NCBI GenBank assembly: GCA_051313645.2
Contig: JBNRSN020000295.1
Span: 124,001-188,000 of the forward strand
Length of the DNA: 64,000 nucleotides
DNA from: Centroscyllium fabricii
Taxonomy: Eukaryota
Direction of reading: 5' to 3'
Under the pieces are notes generated by a model. That model had not been told where the DNA came from, did not search any database, and saw only the letters and a list, made by a program, of their open reading frames with translations. Below, in pieces: positions 23,150 to 35,778 of the stretch. How positions within the stretch are numbered: the stretch's first letter is position 1; each line of letters opens with the position of its first letter. The translations under genes were made by a program, and so were the position numbers.

Positions 23150-23580
23150 ACTTTAAAGCCAATGAAGGACTTTTTGAAGTGCAGTCACTTGTTGTAATGT
23201 AGGAAATGCAGCAGCCAATTTGCACACAGTAAGCGACACAAACAGCAATGTGATGACCAGATAATCTGCACTTTTTTTTAATTATTTTTTTTAAGTGATG
23301 TCGATTGAGGGATAAATATTGGCCAGGACACCGAGGAGAACTCCCCTGCTCTTCTTCGATATAGTGCCGTGGGATCTTCTACGTCCACCTGAGCGAGCAG
23401 ACAGGGGCCTCGGTTTAACGTCTCATTGGAAAGGCGGCACCTCCAACGGTGCAGCACTCCCTCGGCTCTGCACTGGGAGCATCAGCCTAGGTATCTGCGC
23501 TTAAGTCTCTGGAGTGGGACTCGAACCCACAATCTTCTGACTCAGAGGCAAGAGTGCTTCCCACGGAGCCAGGGCTGACT
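23150..23580 (-). mobile_element. SacSINE1/DeuSINE-like SINE (similar plus-strand copy ~55625-56040)
   Basis: tRNA-like head with GGTTCGAGTCCCAC and a Deu-like core. Confidence 0.7.
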
Positions 23581-23599
23581 TCATTAATGTATGCACATT

Positions 23600-24840
23600 A
23601 GTGCATGCCTCAAACCCGGCACCAAGCTCATGAGTCTACAGAGCAGCAGTGATACCCGCCCTGCTGTGTGCCTCAGAGACATGGACCATGTACAGCAGGC
23701 ACCTCTAAGCACTGGAGAGGTACCACCAACGCTGCCTCCGCAAGATCCTGCAAACTCCCCAATATTCAATTCAATTCAAGTTTTATTGTCATTGCAGAGT
23801 ACTAGTACAATACAACGAGATGAAGAGTCGACGCTCCCGAGTAGTGCAAATAAATTACATGCAACTACTCTCGGGAGCGTCTGCTATTCAAGACATCTAC
23901 AAGAAACGTTGCCTGCGGAAATCTCTCAGCATCATCAGGGACCCCACCCACCCCAGCCACAGACTGTTTGCCCTCCCCTGCCATCTAAGAGGCGCTACAG
24001 ATGTATTCGAGCCCGGACGACCAGGCTCAGGAACAGCTTCTTCCCGAGGGCTGTTATCCAGCTGAACTCTATCACCCAACACCAAATCTGTCTACCATCG
24101 GCACCTCCACCCGCACTTCCTGCATTAACAGCCCTTTTGCCCCCCCAGCACTTGCTCATCTCCTATTTGAAATGCTATTTGCACTCTTTATTCATTTATC
24201 TATTTATTTATTATTTATCCATAACTCTGTATAATTTATAACTTGATGTCGGTTATGTTATATCCTGGGAGTTTGCGAGCTCATTTTTCGTTGCACTGTG
24301 ATTATAGACTGTGCAATGACAATAAAATTGAATTGAATTGAATTGAATCCATTGGCAGGATAGGCGCACTAACGTCAGTGCTCTTGCTCAGGTCAACATC
24401 CCCAGCATTGAAGCTTTGACCACGCTCAATCAGCTCCGATGGACGGGCCACATCGTCCGAATGCCCGATACGAGACTCCCAAAACAAGCGCTCTACTCGG
24501 AGCTCCGGCAGGGCAAGAGAGCCCCAGGTGGGCAGAGGAAACGCTTCAAGGACACCCTCAAAGCCTCCTTGAAAAAGTGCAACATTTCCACCGACACCTG
24601 GGAATCCCTGGCCCAAGACCGCACAAAGGGGAGGAGAAGCATCTGGGAAGATGTCGAACACCTCGAGTCTTTTCGTCGGGAGCAAGCGGAAGCAAAACAC
24701 AAACAGCGGAAGGAGCGCACGTCAACCCAAGCACCCCACCCACCCGTTCAACCACCGTCTGCCCCACCTGTGACAGAGCCTGTAGGTCCCACATTGGACT
24801 CATCAGTCACCTGAGAACTGATTTTTAATGTGGAAGCAAC
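23600..24840 (+). mobile_element. RTE-clade LINE 3' fragment interrupted by Rex1-type fragments (~23765-24347)
   Basis: LRWTGHIVRMPDTRLPKQALYSELRQGKRAPGGQRKRFKDTLK is a typical RTE/BovB-like C-terminus. Confidence 0.85.
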
Positions 24841-25152
24841 TCATAGAATCCCTACAGTGCAGATAGAGGGCATTTTGGCCCATCGAGCCTGCACCGACAC
24901 ATATCCCACCCTATCCCCGGAACCCCACATATTCAATCACCCCAACACTAAGGGTCAATTGATCCTGGCCAATCAACCTAACCCACTTATCTTTGGACTG
25001 TGGGAGGAAACCGGAGCACCCGGAGGAAACCCACGCAAACACGGGGAGTATGTGCAAACTCCACACAGAGGGTCACCCGAGGCCGGATTTGAACTGGGGG
25101 GCCCTGGCGCAGTGAGGCAACAGTGCTAACCACTATGCCACCGTGCCGCCCC
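24841..25152 (-). mobile_element. HE1-like V-SINE
   Basis: Reverse complement of the 16886 type. Confidence 0.85.
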
Positions 25153-25166
25153 CAATCCTCATCCTC

Positions 25167-26157
25167 GGACAATTTATATTAATGACCTAGATCAGGGAAT
25201 CGGATGCAGCATCTCCAAATTCGCAGACGACACTAAACTAGGAGGGGGGGTAGGCTCAGAAAGAGAGATCAGGAAGCTCCAGAGCGATTTGGACAAATTG
25301 GGGGACTGGGCAGATACATGGCAAATGCACTATAATGTGGATAAGTGTGAAGTTATCCACCTTGGGGGCAAAAACGGGAGGGCAAATTATTATTTAAATG
25401 GCAATAGATTGGGAGATGGGGAAGTAGAGAGAGACCTGGGTGTTCTTGTGCACCAGTCATTGAAGGCGAGCATGCAGGTGCAACAGGCGGTCAGGAAGGC
25501 AAATGGTATGCTGGCCTTCATATCAAAAGGGTTAGAATACAGGAACAAGGACACCTTACTACAGCTGTACAGGGCACTGGTGAGACCACACCTCGAGTAC
25601 TGTGTGCAGTTTTGGTCGCCTCATCTGAGGAAGGATGTTCTTGCCATGGAAGGAGTGCAGCGGCGATTCACCAGGCTGATACCAGGAATGGCAGGAATGA
25701 CCTATGAGGAGAGACTATGTAGTTTGGGGATGTACACACTGGAGTTTAGAAGATTGAGAGGGGTTCTCATAGAAACATATAAAATTCTGACAGGCCTGGA
25801 CAGACTAGATGCAGAAGGAATGTTTCCAATGGCAGGAGAGTACAGAACTAGGGGACACAGTTTAAGGATAAGGGCTAAACCATTTAGGACAGAGATGAGG
25901 AGGAATTTCTTCACCCAGAGAGTGGTGAACCTGTGGAACTCACTGCCACAGAGGGCAGTGGACGCCAGCTCATTAAATATATTTAAGAGGGAATTAGATA
26001 TATTTCTGCAGGCAAAAGGGGTTAAAGGTCACGGAGAGAAGGCAGGGACGGGATACTGAACTGAAGGATCAGCCATGATCTCATTGAATGGCGGAGCAGG
26101 CTCGAAGGGCCGAATGGCCTACTCCTGCTCCTATCATCTATGTATCTATGTATCTAT
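25167..26157 (+). mobile_element. CR1 LINE 3' fragment (RT FADD to C-terminus, ORF 25289-26059)
   Basis: CR1 RT C-terminal peptide, 3' UTR and (TCTATGTA)n tail. Confidence 0.92.
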
Positions 26158-26409
26158 ATATAGTCTGTGCATGTTAGCATGCAGTCTGCTCCACCCCCAA
26201 AAAAATATGTAGCACTTAAACCTCCATTTTATTTCAACTCAGATTATTGGATAAACCCTCCAAGTGCATAAATCTTGCAGATAGGACAGGCTCCAGCTTC
26301 TACTGTTAAGTCTCTCACTGTTAGACATTTTAAGGAGGAGCGGGGAAAAAGAGTGAATTTGAGATGAAAGGCTAAATGCGAAGGGTCTTCCTCCAGCCTC
26401 CCCATTCAA

Positions 26410-26720
26410 GTGTAAAAAGTCACACAACACCAGGTTATAGTCCAACAGCTTTATTTGAAATCACAAGCTTTCGGAGCGCTGGTCCTTCGTCAGGTGAAGT
26501 GAAGAGATGCATATAGGCACAGCATATATAGTCAGAGAACAATGCTGGATGATTACAGGTAATTTTTCTAACTGCCCTTTATCACACCTCGGCAGAGAGA
26601 TAATCACCGCGATCAAAGGTGTGAATGGTGTCCAAACCGGTCAGGCAGGAAAACATTCCATCAAAGAACAATGAGGTGGGGTCACATGTTGCAGATGTTG
26701 GGGTCGGTATGAAAAACAAA
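26410..26720 (-). mobile_element. Single Penelope-type monomer with hammerhead, same family as 180-1233
   Basis: TCACAAGCTTTCGGAGCGCTGGTCCTTCGTCAGGTGA at 26461-26497, with one stem II mismatch. Further copies at ~27535-27730 (+), ~29550-29640 (-) and ~40580 (+, decayed). Confidence 0.8.
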
Positions 26721-26820
26721 AAACAAACAAAAAATATAAAATAAAATAAAAAAATTGCTGGAAATCACGGCAGGTCCGGCCGCATCTGTGTAGAGAACAA
26801 GCCAACGACGACTCGAGTCT

Positions 26821-27377
26821 CGAGTATTGTGTGCTGTTTTGGCCGCCTTATCTGAGGAAGGATGTTCTTACCACGGAGGGAGTGCAGCAAAGATTCACCA
26901 GGCTGATACCTGGGATGGCAGGAATAACGTATGAGGAGAGATTGGGTCAACTTGGCTTATATTCGCTGGAGTTTAGAAGAATGAGAGGGGATCTCATTGA
27001 AACCTATAAAATTTTAACAGGACTGGACAAACTAGATGCAGGAAGAATGTTCCCGATGGTGGAGGAGTCCAGAACCAGGGGTCACAGTCTAAGGATAAGG
27101 GGTAAGCCATTTAGGACAGAGATGAGGAGGAATTTCTTCACCCAGAGAGTGGTGAACCTGTGGAATTCTCTACCACAGAAGGCCGTAGAGGCCAATTCAT
27201 TAAATATATTCAAGAATCAGTTGGATATATTTCTTAAGGCTAAAGGGATCAAGGGATATGGGGAGAAGGCAGGGACAGGGTACTGAATTTGGATGATCAG
27301 CCATGATCTCATTAAATGGTGGAGCAGGCTCGAGGGGCCGAATAGTCTACTCCTGCTCCCATCTTCTATCTTTCTAT
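26821..27377 (+). mobile_element. CR1 3' fragment inserted into a Penelope-type terminus
   Basis: CR1 peptide 26831-27286; GAGTCT duplicated on both sides. Confidence 0.85.
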
Positions 27378-27399
27378 GAGTCTGGATGACTCTACATCA

Positions 27400-27530
27400 G
27401 GTGGGGTTACGTGTAGCGTGACATGAACCCAAGATCCCGGTCGAGGCCGTCCTCACGAGTGCGGAACTTGCCCGTCAGTTTCTGCTCGACAATTTTGCGT
27501 TGTGTGTCTCGAAGGCCGCCTGGGAGAACG
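27400..27530 (-). mobile_element. Penelope-like element C-terminal fragment
   Basis: Minus strand reads about GGLRDTQRKIVEQKLTGKFRTREDGLDRDLGFMSRY, like the end of PLE GIY-YIG ORFs. Confidence 0.6.
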
Positions 27531-27863
27531 GACAGTTGGAAAGATTACCTGTAATCAATCTGGCAGTGTTCTCTGACTATATATGCTGTGCCGAAACGCT
27601 GACTTCACCTGACGAAGGAGCAGCGCTCTGAAAGCTTGTGATTTCAAATAAAGCTGTTGGGACTACAACCTGGTGTTGTGAGACTTCTGACATTTGTCCA
27701 CCCCAGCCCAACACCGGCATCTCCACATCTTCAGAGGACCTGACATGGTCCCTTCACATAGACACCTTGGTGAAGGCGGCACGGCAGCGTCTTTACCATC
27801 TCAGAAGCCTGAGGAAATTTAGAATGTCCCCCCAAATACTAAACAACTTTTACAAATGTACTA

Positions 27864-28294
27864 CAGGTTGAACACCGTTAATCCGTTACCCGAAAAACCG
27901 TCAACTTCGAACATCCGGCACAAATCGCCCCGACTGCCCTGCGAATGCGCAAAATGGCCGCCGCGATTGATGCTTCGGTGAATGATCTGCACATGCGCCG
28001 CCAAACAATCCCGGGCCGGGCCGGGCCTTCCTGAGCCTTGCCTTACCGAGCCAGGGCTTCCCGAGCCGGGCCTTGCCTTACCGAGCCGGGCCTCGCCTTA
28101 CTGGGCCTCCCCAAGCTGGACCTTCCCGAATGATAAGCGCATGTGCAGACCACTCAGAATGGCCGCCGGCCTTTCGTGGTGGCCATTTTGAATGATCTGC
28201 GCATGCGCTCGCCGAAAGCTTCAATCGTTCGAGATTTTTACTTTCCTGGCACGGGCCTGGTCCCGCCTGTGCCGGATTGACGGTGCTCAACCTG
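27864..28294. mobile_element. Tigger-like MITE inserted in a Rex1 fragment (~27730-28500)
   Basis: TA|CAGGTTGA...TCAACCTG|TA; removing it restores Rex1 FYKCTIESILSG. Confidence 0.85.
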
Positions 28295-28842
28295 TATTGA
28301 GAGTATCCTGTCAGGGAGCATCACCGCCTGGTATGGTAACAGCATTAAACAAGACCGTAGGGCCCTGCAGAGGGTAGTATGGTCGGCAGAACGTACCACA
28401 GGGGGGGTGCAATCCCTAACCTGCAAGATATCTACACCAGGCGGTGCATGACTAAGGCGAAGAAGGTCATTAAGGATCCGAGTCACCCGAACAACGGCCT
28501 CTTATAGAAACATAGAAGATAGGAGCAGGAGTAGGTCATTCGGCCCCTCGAGCCTGCTCCGCCATTCAATGAGATCATGGCTGATCATCCAAACTCAGTA
28601 CCCTGTCCCTGCCTTCTCCCCATATCCCTTGATCCCTCTAGCCTTAAGAAATACATCCAGCTCCTTCTTGAATATATTCAATGAACTAGCCTCCACTGCC
28701 CTCTGTGGCAGAGAATTCCACAGGTTCACCACTCTCTGGGTGAAGAAATTCCTCCTCATCTCTGTCCTAAATGAGTTACCCCTTATCCTTAGACTATGAC
28801 CCCTGGTTCTGGACTCTCCCATCATCGGGAACATTCTTCCTG

Positions 28843-30935
28843 CATAGAAACATAGAAGATAGGAGCAGGAGTAGGCCTTTCGGCCTTCGAGCCTGCTCCG
28901 CCATTCAATGAGATCATGGCTGATCACCCAAACCCAGGACCCTGTCCCTGCCTTGTCCCTATATCCCTCGATCCCTATCGAGCCTGCACCGACACATATC
29001 CCACCCTGTCCCCGTAACCCCACATATTCAATCCCCCTAACACGAAGGGTCAATTTATCATGGCCAATCAACCTAACCCGCACATCTTTGGACTGTGAGA
29101 AGAAACCAGAGCACCCGGAGGAAGCCCACGCAGACACGGGGAGAATGTGCAAACTCCACACACAGATAGTACCCGAGGCTGGATTTGAACCCAGTCTCTA
29201 GTGCTGTAAGGCAACAGTGCTAACCACTATGCCACCGTTCCGCATCAAGTTTGTCCAGACCAGACGGTCTGTCAGAAAAACGCTACCGCAGCATTAAGAC
29301 CAACATAGAGAGGCTCAGGAGGAGCTTTTATTCCCCAAGCCATCCGGATCCTAAATGAAGATGCTGCCAAGGGTCGGTATACTGCTCCCTGACGATTGCA
29401 TGTCCTTTTTCCTTCCTGTAATTATTATTTGTATTTATTGTTATCCGGAGAAGCACAGACATGGAGCTTGCGATTAAGCATCTGACTACACTTTGTACAT
29501 GTATAATGATGTGTGTGGCAAATAAAGTAAACTTGAAACTTGGTCGCCATTCAAAGTGCAAGAAGTCACACAACACCAGGTTATAGTCCAACAGTTTTAT
29601 TTGAAATCACAAGCTTTCGGAGCGCTGCTCCTTCCTCAGGCGAAAGAGAAATTCATCCAAAGAGAGCATATACATGTGCTGTCTTTGGATGAAACATAGA
29701 AACATAGAAGATAGGAGCAGGAGTAGGCCATTCGGCCCTTCGAGCCTGCTCCGCCATTCAATTAGATCATGGCTGATCATCCAAACCCAGTACCCTGTCC
29801 CTGCCTTGTCCCCATATCCCTCGATCCCTATCGAGCCTACACCGACACATATCCCACCCTATCCCCGTAACCCCACATATTTAATCCCCCGAACACTAAG
29901 GGTCAATTTATCATGGCCAATCAACTTAACCCGCACATCTTTGGACTGTGGGAGGAAACCATCGCACCCGGAGGAAACATACGCGGACACGGGGAGAATG
30001 TGCAAACTCCACACACAGACAGTCACGCGAGGCCGGATTTTGGCAAGATGGCGGCGCGCATAGACGCAGCAGCTTTGCGTCTCCCAAGATGATGATGTCC
30101 GCTGGTCTCCGTACTGGTTCTGAACGTGGCCAGGCGGCGGTAACATCGAGGCCGTCGTGGCTGGAGCCTGCGTGGCCTGAGCATCGGGGCTGGAGCGTCG
30201 GGGCCGGGCGCTAGGAGCATCGGGGCCTGCGTGGCCTGAGCGTCGGGTCCGTCGTGGCCGGAGCATCAGGGCCAGCGTGGCCTGAGCGTCGCGGCCAGGA
30301 GCATCGGGGCCAGGAGCATCGGGGCCGTCGTGACCTGAGCATCGGGGCCAGAAGCATCGGGGCCTGCACGTCAGGGCCAGGAGCATCGGGGCCGTCGTGA
30401 CCTGAGCATTGGGGCCGTCGTGACCCGAGCATCGGGGCCGGGAGCTTCAGGGCCGTGAGCATCGGGGCCGTCGTGGCCGTGAGCTGCGTGGCCGGAGCAT
30501 CGGGGCCAGGAGCATAGGGCCGTCGTGACCGGAGCGTCGGGGCCTGAGCATCGGGACCGTCGTGGCCGGTGCATGGGGGCGTTATGGACCAGACTGGGAC
30601 TTACAGGAGAGGACATTTTAATATCTGTATTGTTTCTTTGGGAGATTGCATGTTTGCATTTCATTGTATTGTGTTGTTCACTTTACGATGACAATAAATT
30701 GAATTGAATTTGAACCCGGATCTCTAGTGCTGTAAGGCAACAGTGCTAACCACTATCCCACCGTTCCACATCAAGTTTGTCCAGACCAGACGGTCTGTCA
30801 GAAAAACGCTACCGCAACATTAAGACCAACACAGAAAGGCTTCGGAGCAGCTTTTATTCCCCAAGCCATCCGGATCCTAAATGAAGACACTGCCACGGGT
30901 CGGTATACTGCTCCCTGACGATTGCATGCCTTTTT
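28843..30935. repeat. Local duplication of a V-SINE plus Rex1 block; second copy interrupted by a GC-rich element with minisatellite (~30140-30570)
   Basis: 28843-29410 matches 29692-30040 plus 30710-30932. The insert has GAGCATCGGGGCCGTCGTG repeats and a TTGAA tail. Confidence 0.75.
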
Positions 30936-31216
30936 CAATTCAATTCAAGTTTTATTGTCATTGCAGAGTACTAGTACAATACGAGACGAAGACTCGCCGC
31001 TCGTGAGAGTAGTGCAAATAATTTACATGCAATTGCATACGGTAAAGTACATTTTCAGGTGTGCAGATACCAGAGTTTTTTGTTAGAGTTCAGGAGGCTG
31101 ACAGCCCTAGGGAAGAAGCTGTTCTTGAATCTCGTTGTGCGGGTGCGAATTGATCTGTAGCGTCTCCCAGAGGGCAGGGGGGGCGAACAGACTGTGGCTG
31201 GGGTGTGTGGGTTCTC

Positions 31217-31965
31217 TCATAGAATCCCTAAGTGCAGATAGAGGCCATTTCGGCCCATCGAGCCTGCACCGACACATATCCCACCCCATCCCAGCAACCC
31301 CACATATTTAATCCCCCCAACACTAAGGGTCAATTTATCCTGGCCAATCAACCTAACCTACACATCTTTGGACTGTGGGAGGAAACCGGAGCACCCGGAG
31401 GAAACCCACGCAGACACGGGGAGAATGTGCACACTCCACACAGATAGTCACCCGAGGCTGGATTTGAACCCGGGTCTCTAGCGCTGTACAGCAACAGTGC
31501 TAACCACTATGCCACCGCGCCGCCCAATAATGTTCAGAGACCTCCGTCGGCAACGTTTGAGGTTAGGTGCTTGCGATTGACGGTAGCTGGGTGCCAGTGA
31601 TTCGTTGGGCAGTTTTGACTATTGGCAGAAGTTGCATATAAAATTAGTTAATGTTAGAAAATCACGGTGGCACAGTGGTTAGCACTGTTGCCTTACAGCA
31701 CTAGGGGCCCAGGTTCAAATCCGGCCTCGGGTGACTATCTGTGTGGAGTTTGCACATTCTCCCCATGTCTGCGTGGGTTTCCTCCGGGTGCTCCGGTTTC
31801 CTCCCACAGTCCAAAGATGTGCGGGTTAGGTTGATTGGCCAGGATGAATTGACTCTTAGTGTTAGGGGGATTGAATATGTGGGGTTACGGGGATAGGGTG
31901 GGATATGTGTCGGTGCAGGCTCGATGGGCCGAAATGGCCTCTATCTGCACTGTAGGGATTCTATG
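31217..31965. mobile_element. Inverted pair of HE1-like V-SINEs (31217-31525 minus; 31664-31965 plus)
   Basis: Two near full-length copies head to head, ~140 bp apart. Confidence 0.85.
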
Positions 31966-32335
31966 ATACCCACTGCAGGGCCTTCCGGTCCGAGACGGTG
32001 CAGTTCCCATAGCAGACTGCGATGCGGCGCGTCAGCGTGCTTTCCATTGTGCGGCGGTAGAAGTTGGAGAGGATGCCGGATGACAGCTTGGCCTTTTTCA
32101 GCTTCCTTAGGAAGTACAGGCGCTTCTTGTAATTATCCATTACTATTTGTATTTTTTGTTATCCGGAGAAGCACAGACATGGAGCTTGCGATTTAGCATC
32201 TGACTGCACTTTGTAGATGTATAATGATGTATGTGTGTGAGACAAATAAAGTAAACTTGTAAACTTGGTCCCCCAGTCAAGGTGAGCTACCTGTCCTGGG
32301 GCTGGGGGGGCCGCGCATGCGCGGACGCGGCCTAC

Positions 32336-32546
32336 CTTCCCGGGCTCTCGCCTCCTGCTCCGGGTACTGGCCGTGACCACCGCCGCCGCCGCCGTTCTCC
32401 TCCGCCTCTTCGGCGGCGTCTCGGTCGAGCGCTGCCCGCAGCCGCTCCTGCAGATCGGCCTTGAGGCCCTTTGTGTCGAGGCCGCGCCTGTGCAGCTCCT
32501 CCTTCAGCTCGTTCACTCTCAGCTTCCGCACGTCCAGCGAACTCAT
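32336..32546 (-). CDS. HNRNPUL1: First coding exon of hnRNP U-like 1 (SAP domain)
   Basis: [41 protein letters not shown] matches the HNRNPUL1 SAP domain better than HNRNPU or HNRNPUL2. Donor AAG|GTAGGC after 32336 (phase 1); an alternative CAG|GTAGCT lies after 32291. Confidence 0.82.
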
Positions 32547-32699
32547 CTCGGCATTTAAACAAAACAAAACCCACACACAACACACACAACAATGATAAAA
32601 CTCCCGGCCAGCTAATCAATAACGCTGCTCGAAGGCCCGGTTTGTGTGGTAAGGAAAGGGAAACACAGATTCAATGCGATATCTAAAATTAAAAAATAC

Positions 32700-33270
32700 T
32701 CTCCTCACTCGCCGCGGCGACCACCGGACAAAATGGCCGCCTTCTCCCTTCGCCCGCTTTCGCAGCGCTAGCCCAGCCCAGCCACGTTTCTCTCAGCGCT
32801 CCTCATTGGTCAGCAGGCGCTCACAATGCGCCTAGCTGTGATCTAATCACCAATCGTCAGCGGCCTTGCAAACCCGCCCCTCCTCCTCCGCCGGCCGCCA
32901 CTTTGTGTCGCTGCGTCTCATTGGTCCACATTTTCTCCCCTGGTTGAAACGGCGCGTCCGATTGGTCCTCAAGAACCGTCGAATCATTGGTCCGCTTCCG
33001 CCCGACGGGCGAAGCGGGCCAATGATTCGACGGTTCTTGAGGGCCAATCGAACGCGCTGTTTCAACCAAGGGGGAAGGGGGGGCCGTATGTGGGCGGGGG
33101 CCGCCCGCGGTGGCCCAATCAGTTTCAACAATGAGGGGAGGGCCCGCCCCATTCCCTGCTGCGATTGGACAGCTGCGTGCCAATTGTTTGTAAACATTCT
33201 CGAAAGCCCTTGGTGATTGGGCGATTCAGACGTCAATCAAGAAGAATCACCTATATAAAGGGAAGGTAGC
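32700..33270. promoter_or_regulatory. CpG-rich promoter with ~11 CCAAT boxes, GC boxes, YY1-like motif and a plus-strand TATA
   Basis: CCAAT/ATTGG recurring over 32806-33220, CAAAATGGCCGCC at ~32729, GGGCGGGG, GACGTCA at ~33229, TATATAAA at 33253; immediately upstream of the exon. Confidence 0.85.
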
Positions 33271-33599
33271 TGGCGATGGTCTATATACAGTAGTTGAAAC
33301 TGGGTTGTCTTAATCAGAAAAGAAACTACATTTACACGTGTATCCTATTTTTTTTAAAGAGGCACAATAATAAAAAAACTTGAACGTTAAAGTGTGCTTT
33401 TCAACATAACAAAAGGACATTTATAAAACTAAATAACATTAGGCCTCAGCCATTCATAGAAACATAGAAGAAGGAGCAGGAGTCGGCCATTCGGCCCCTC
33501 GAGCCTGCTCCGCCATTCGATGAGATCATGGCTGATCATCCAAACTCAGTACCCTGTCCCTGCCTTCTCCCCATATCGCTTGATCTCTTTAGCTCTAAG

Positions 33600-34278
33600 A
33601 AGACACACCCCCATCTTCATCCAAGGGGCTGAGGTGGAAAGGGTGTCCAGCTTCAAGTTCCTCGGGGTCCACATCTCGGAAGATCTCTCCTGGTCACTAA
33701 ACACCTCCTCTCTGGTTAAGAAGGCCCAACAGTGCCTGTACTTCCTAAGGAAGCTGAAGAAAGCCAGGCTGTCATCCGGCATCCTCTCCAACTTCTACCG
33801 CTGCACAATAGAAAGCATACTGACAAGCTGCATCACTGTCTAGTATGGAAATTGCACTATCTCGGACCGGAAAACCCTGCAGCGGGTAGTCAAAACTGCC
33901 CAACGAATTACCGGTACACAGCTACCGTCAATGGAAAGCATCTACCTCAAACGCTGCTTACGGAGGTCTATGAACATTATTAAAGACCCCACACACCCCA
34001 GCCACAGTCTGTTCGCCCCCCTGCCCTCCGGGAGATGCTACAGAGCAATTTGCACCCGCACGACTAGATTTCAGAACAGCTTCTTCCCCAGGGCTGTCAG
34101 CCTCCTGAACTCTAAAAATAAACTCCGGTACCTGCACGCCTGATAATGTACTTTACTGTATGCAATTTGCATGTAATTTATTTGCACTACTCTCGGGAGA
34201 GTCGAGTCTTCGTCTCGTTGTATTGTACTAGTACTCTGCAATGACAATAAAACTTGAATTGAATTGAATTGAATTGAA
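33600..34278 (+). mobile_element. Rex1/Babar LINE 3' fragment
   Basis: VERVSSFKFLGVHISEDLSW...FYRCTIESILTSCITV* with a premature stop; (TTGAA)n tail. Confidence 0.88.
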
Positions 34279-34957
34279 GAACTATATCTAACTCCTTCTT
34301 GAAAATATTTAATGACTTGGCCTCAACTACATTCTGTGGATGACACGGTGGCGCACTACTGCCTCGCAATAAGGAGCTCCTGGGTTCGAATCCATCAACA
34401 TCTAAAAGAAATAGGAGAAGGAGTTGGCCATTCGGCCCTTCGAGCCTCCTCCGCCATTCAATGAGATCATGGCTGATCTGCCTCAACTCCATTCACCGGC
34501 CCTATCCACATATCCCTTGATGCCCTTTACTAGTCAGAAATCTATCGACTTCTGTTTTGAATATACCCAATGACTGAGCCTCCACAGCCCTCTGGGGTAG
34601 AGAATTCCAAAGATTCACTGCCCTCTGAGTGAAGAAATTGCTCCTCATTCTCAGTCCTGAATGGCCGACCCCTTTACCCTGAGGCTGTGGCAGCTGGCCC
34701 CTGATTCAATCCAATTTATTTCCTGCTAACCCCTCAGAATCTTAACTCGGTGCTTTATAAATTCAAATAATATCCCTTCGAACTTTTGTCTTCTTGTAAG
34801 TTTACATTTCTGACTTCAGGTGCAAACGGTCGAACAGCCTAATCGCATATGGAAGACCCAGCAGGCTGGCCCCCCAACATTGGCCACCTACTGATTTTAG
34901 AATTCTATCTGCATCAGGAAGTTACTTTTCTTTTCATTCACATTCCCCCACACAAAT

Positions 34958-35778
34958 AAGAAAGGCAAATGGTATGTTGGTTGGTCTTCATAGCGAGAGG
35001 ATTCGAGTACAGGAACAATGATGTCTTGCTGCAGTTGTACAGGGCCTTGGTGAGACCACACCTTGAGTACTGTGTGCAGTTTTGGTCGCCTTATCTGAGG
35101 AAGGATGTTCTTGCCATGGAGGGAGTGCAGCGAAGATTCACCAGACTGATACCTGGGATGGCAGGAATGACATATGAGGAGAGATTGGGTCGATTGGGCT
35201 TATACTCGCTGGAGTTTAAAAGAATGAGAGGGGATCTCATTGAAACTTATCAAATTCGAAAAGGACTAGACAGACTAGACGCAGGAAAGATGTTCCCGAT
35301 GGCCGGGGAGCCCAGAACCAGGAGTCACAGTCTAAGGATAAGGGGTAAGCCATTTAGGACAGAGATGAGGAAGAATTTCTTCACCCAGAGAGTGGTGAAC
35401 CTGTGGAATTCTCTACCACAGAAGGCAGTAGAGGCCAATTCATTAAATGTATTCAAGAAGGAGTTGGATATATTTCATAGAATCATAGAATCCCTACAGT
35501 GCAGATAGAGGCCATTTCGGCCCATCGAGCCTGCACCGACACATATCCCACCCTATCACCGTAACCCCACATATTTAATCCCCCTAACACTAAGGGTCAA
35601 TTTATCCTGGCCAAGCAACCTAGCCCACACATCTTAAGGCTAAAGGCATCAAGGGATATGGGGAGAAGGCAGGGGCAGGGGACTGACTTTGGATGATCAG
35701 CCATGATCTCATTGAATGGCGGAGCAGGCTCGAGGGGCCGAATGGCCGACTCCTGCTCCTATCTTTGATGTTTCTATG
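34958..35778 (+). mobile_element. CR1 3' fragment with nested SINE tail (35476-35632)
   Basis: CR1 peptide 34969-35508. Confidence 0.88.

Noticed and set aside
23591-24241. 216-aa ORF
   Set aside because: Chance read-through across RTE and Rex1 fragments in non-native frames.
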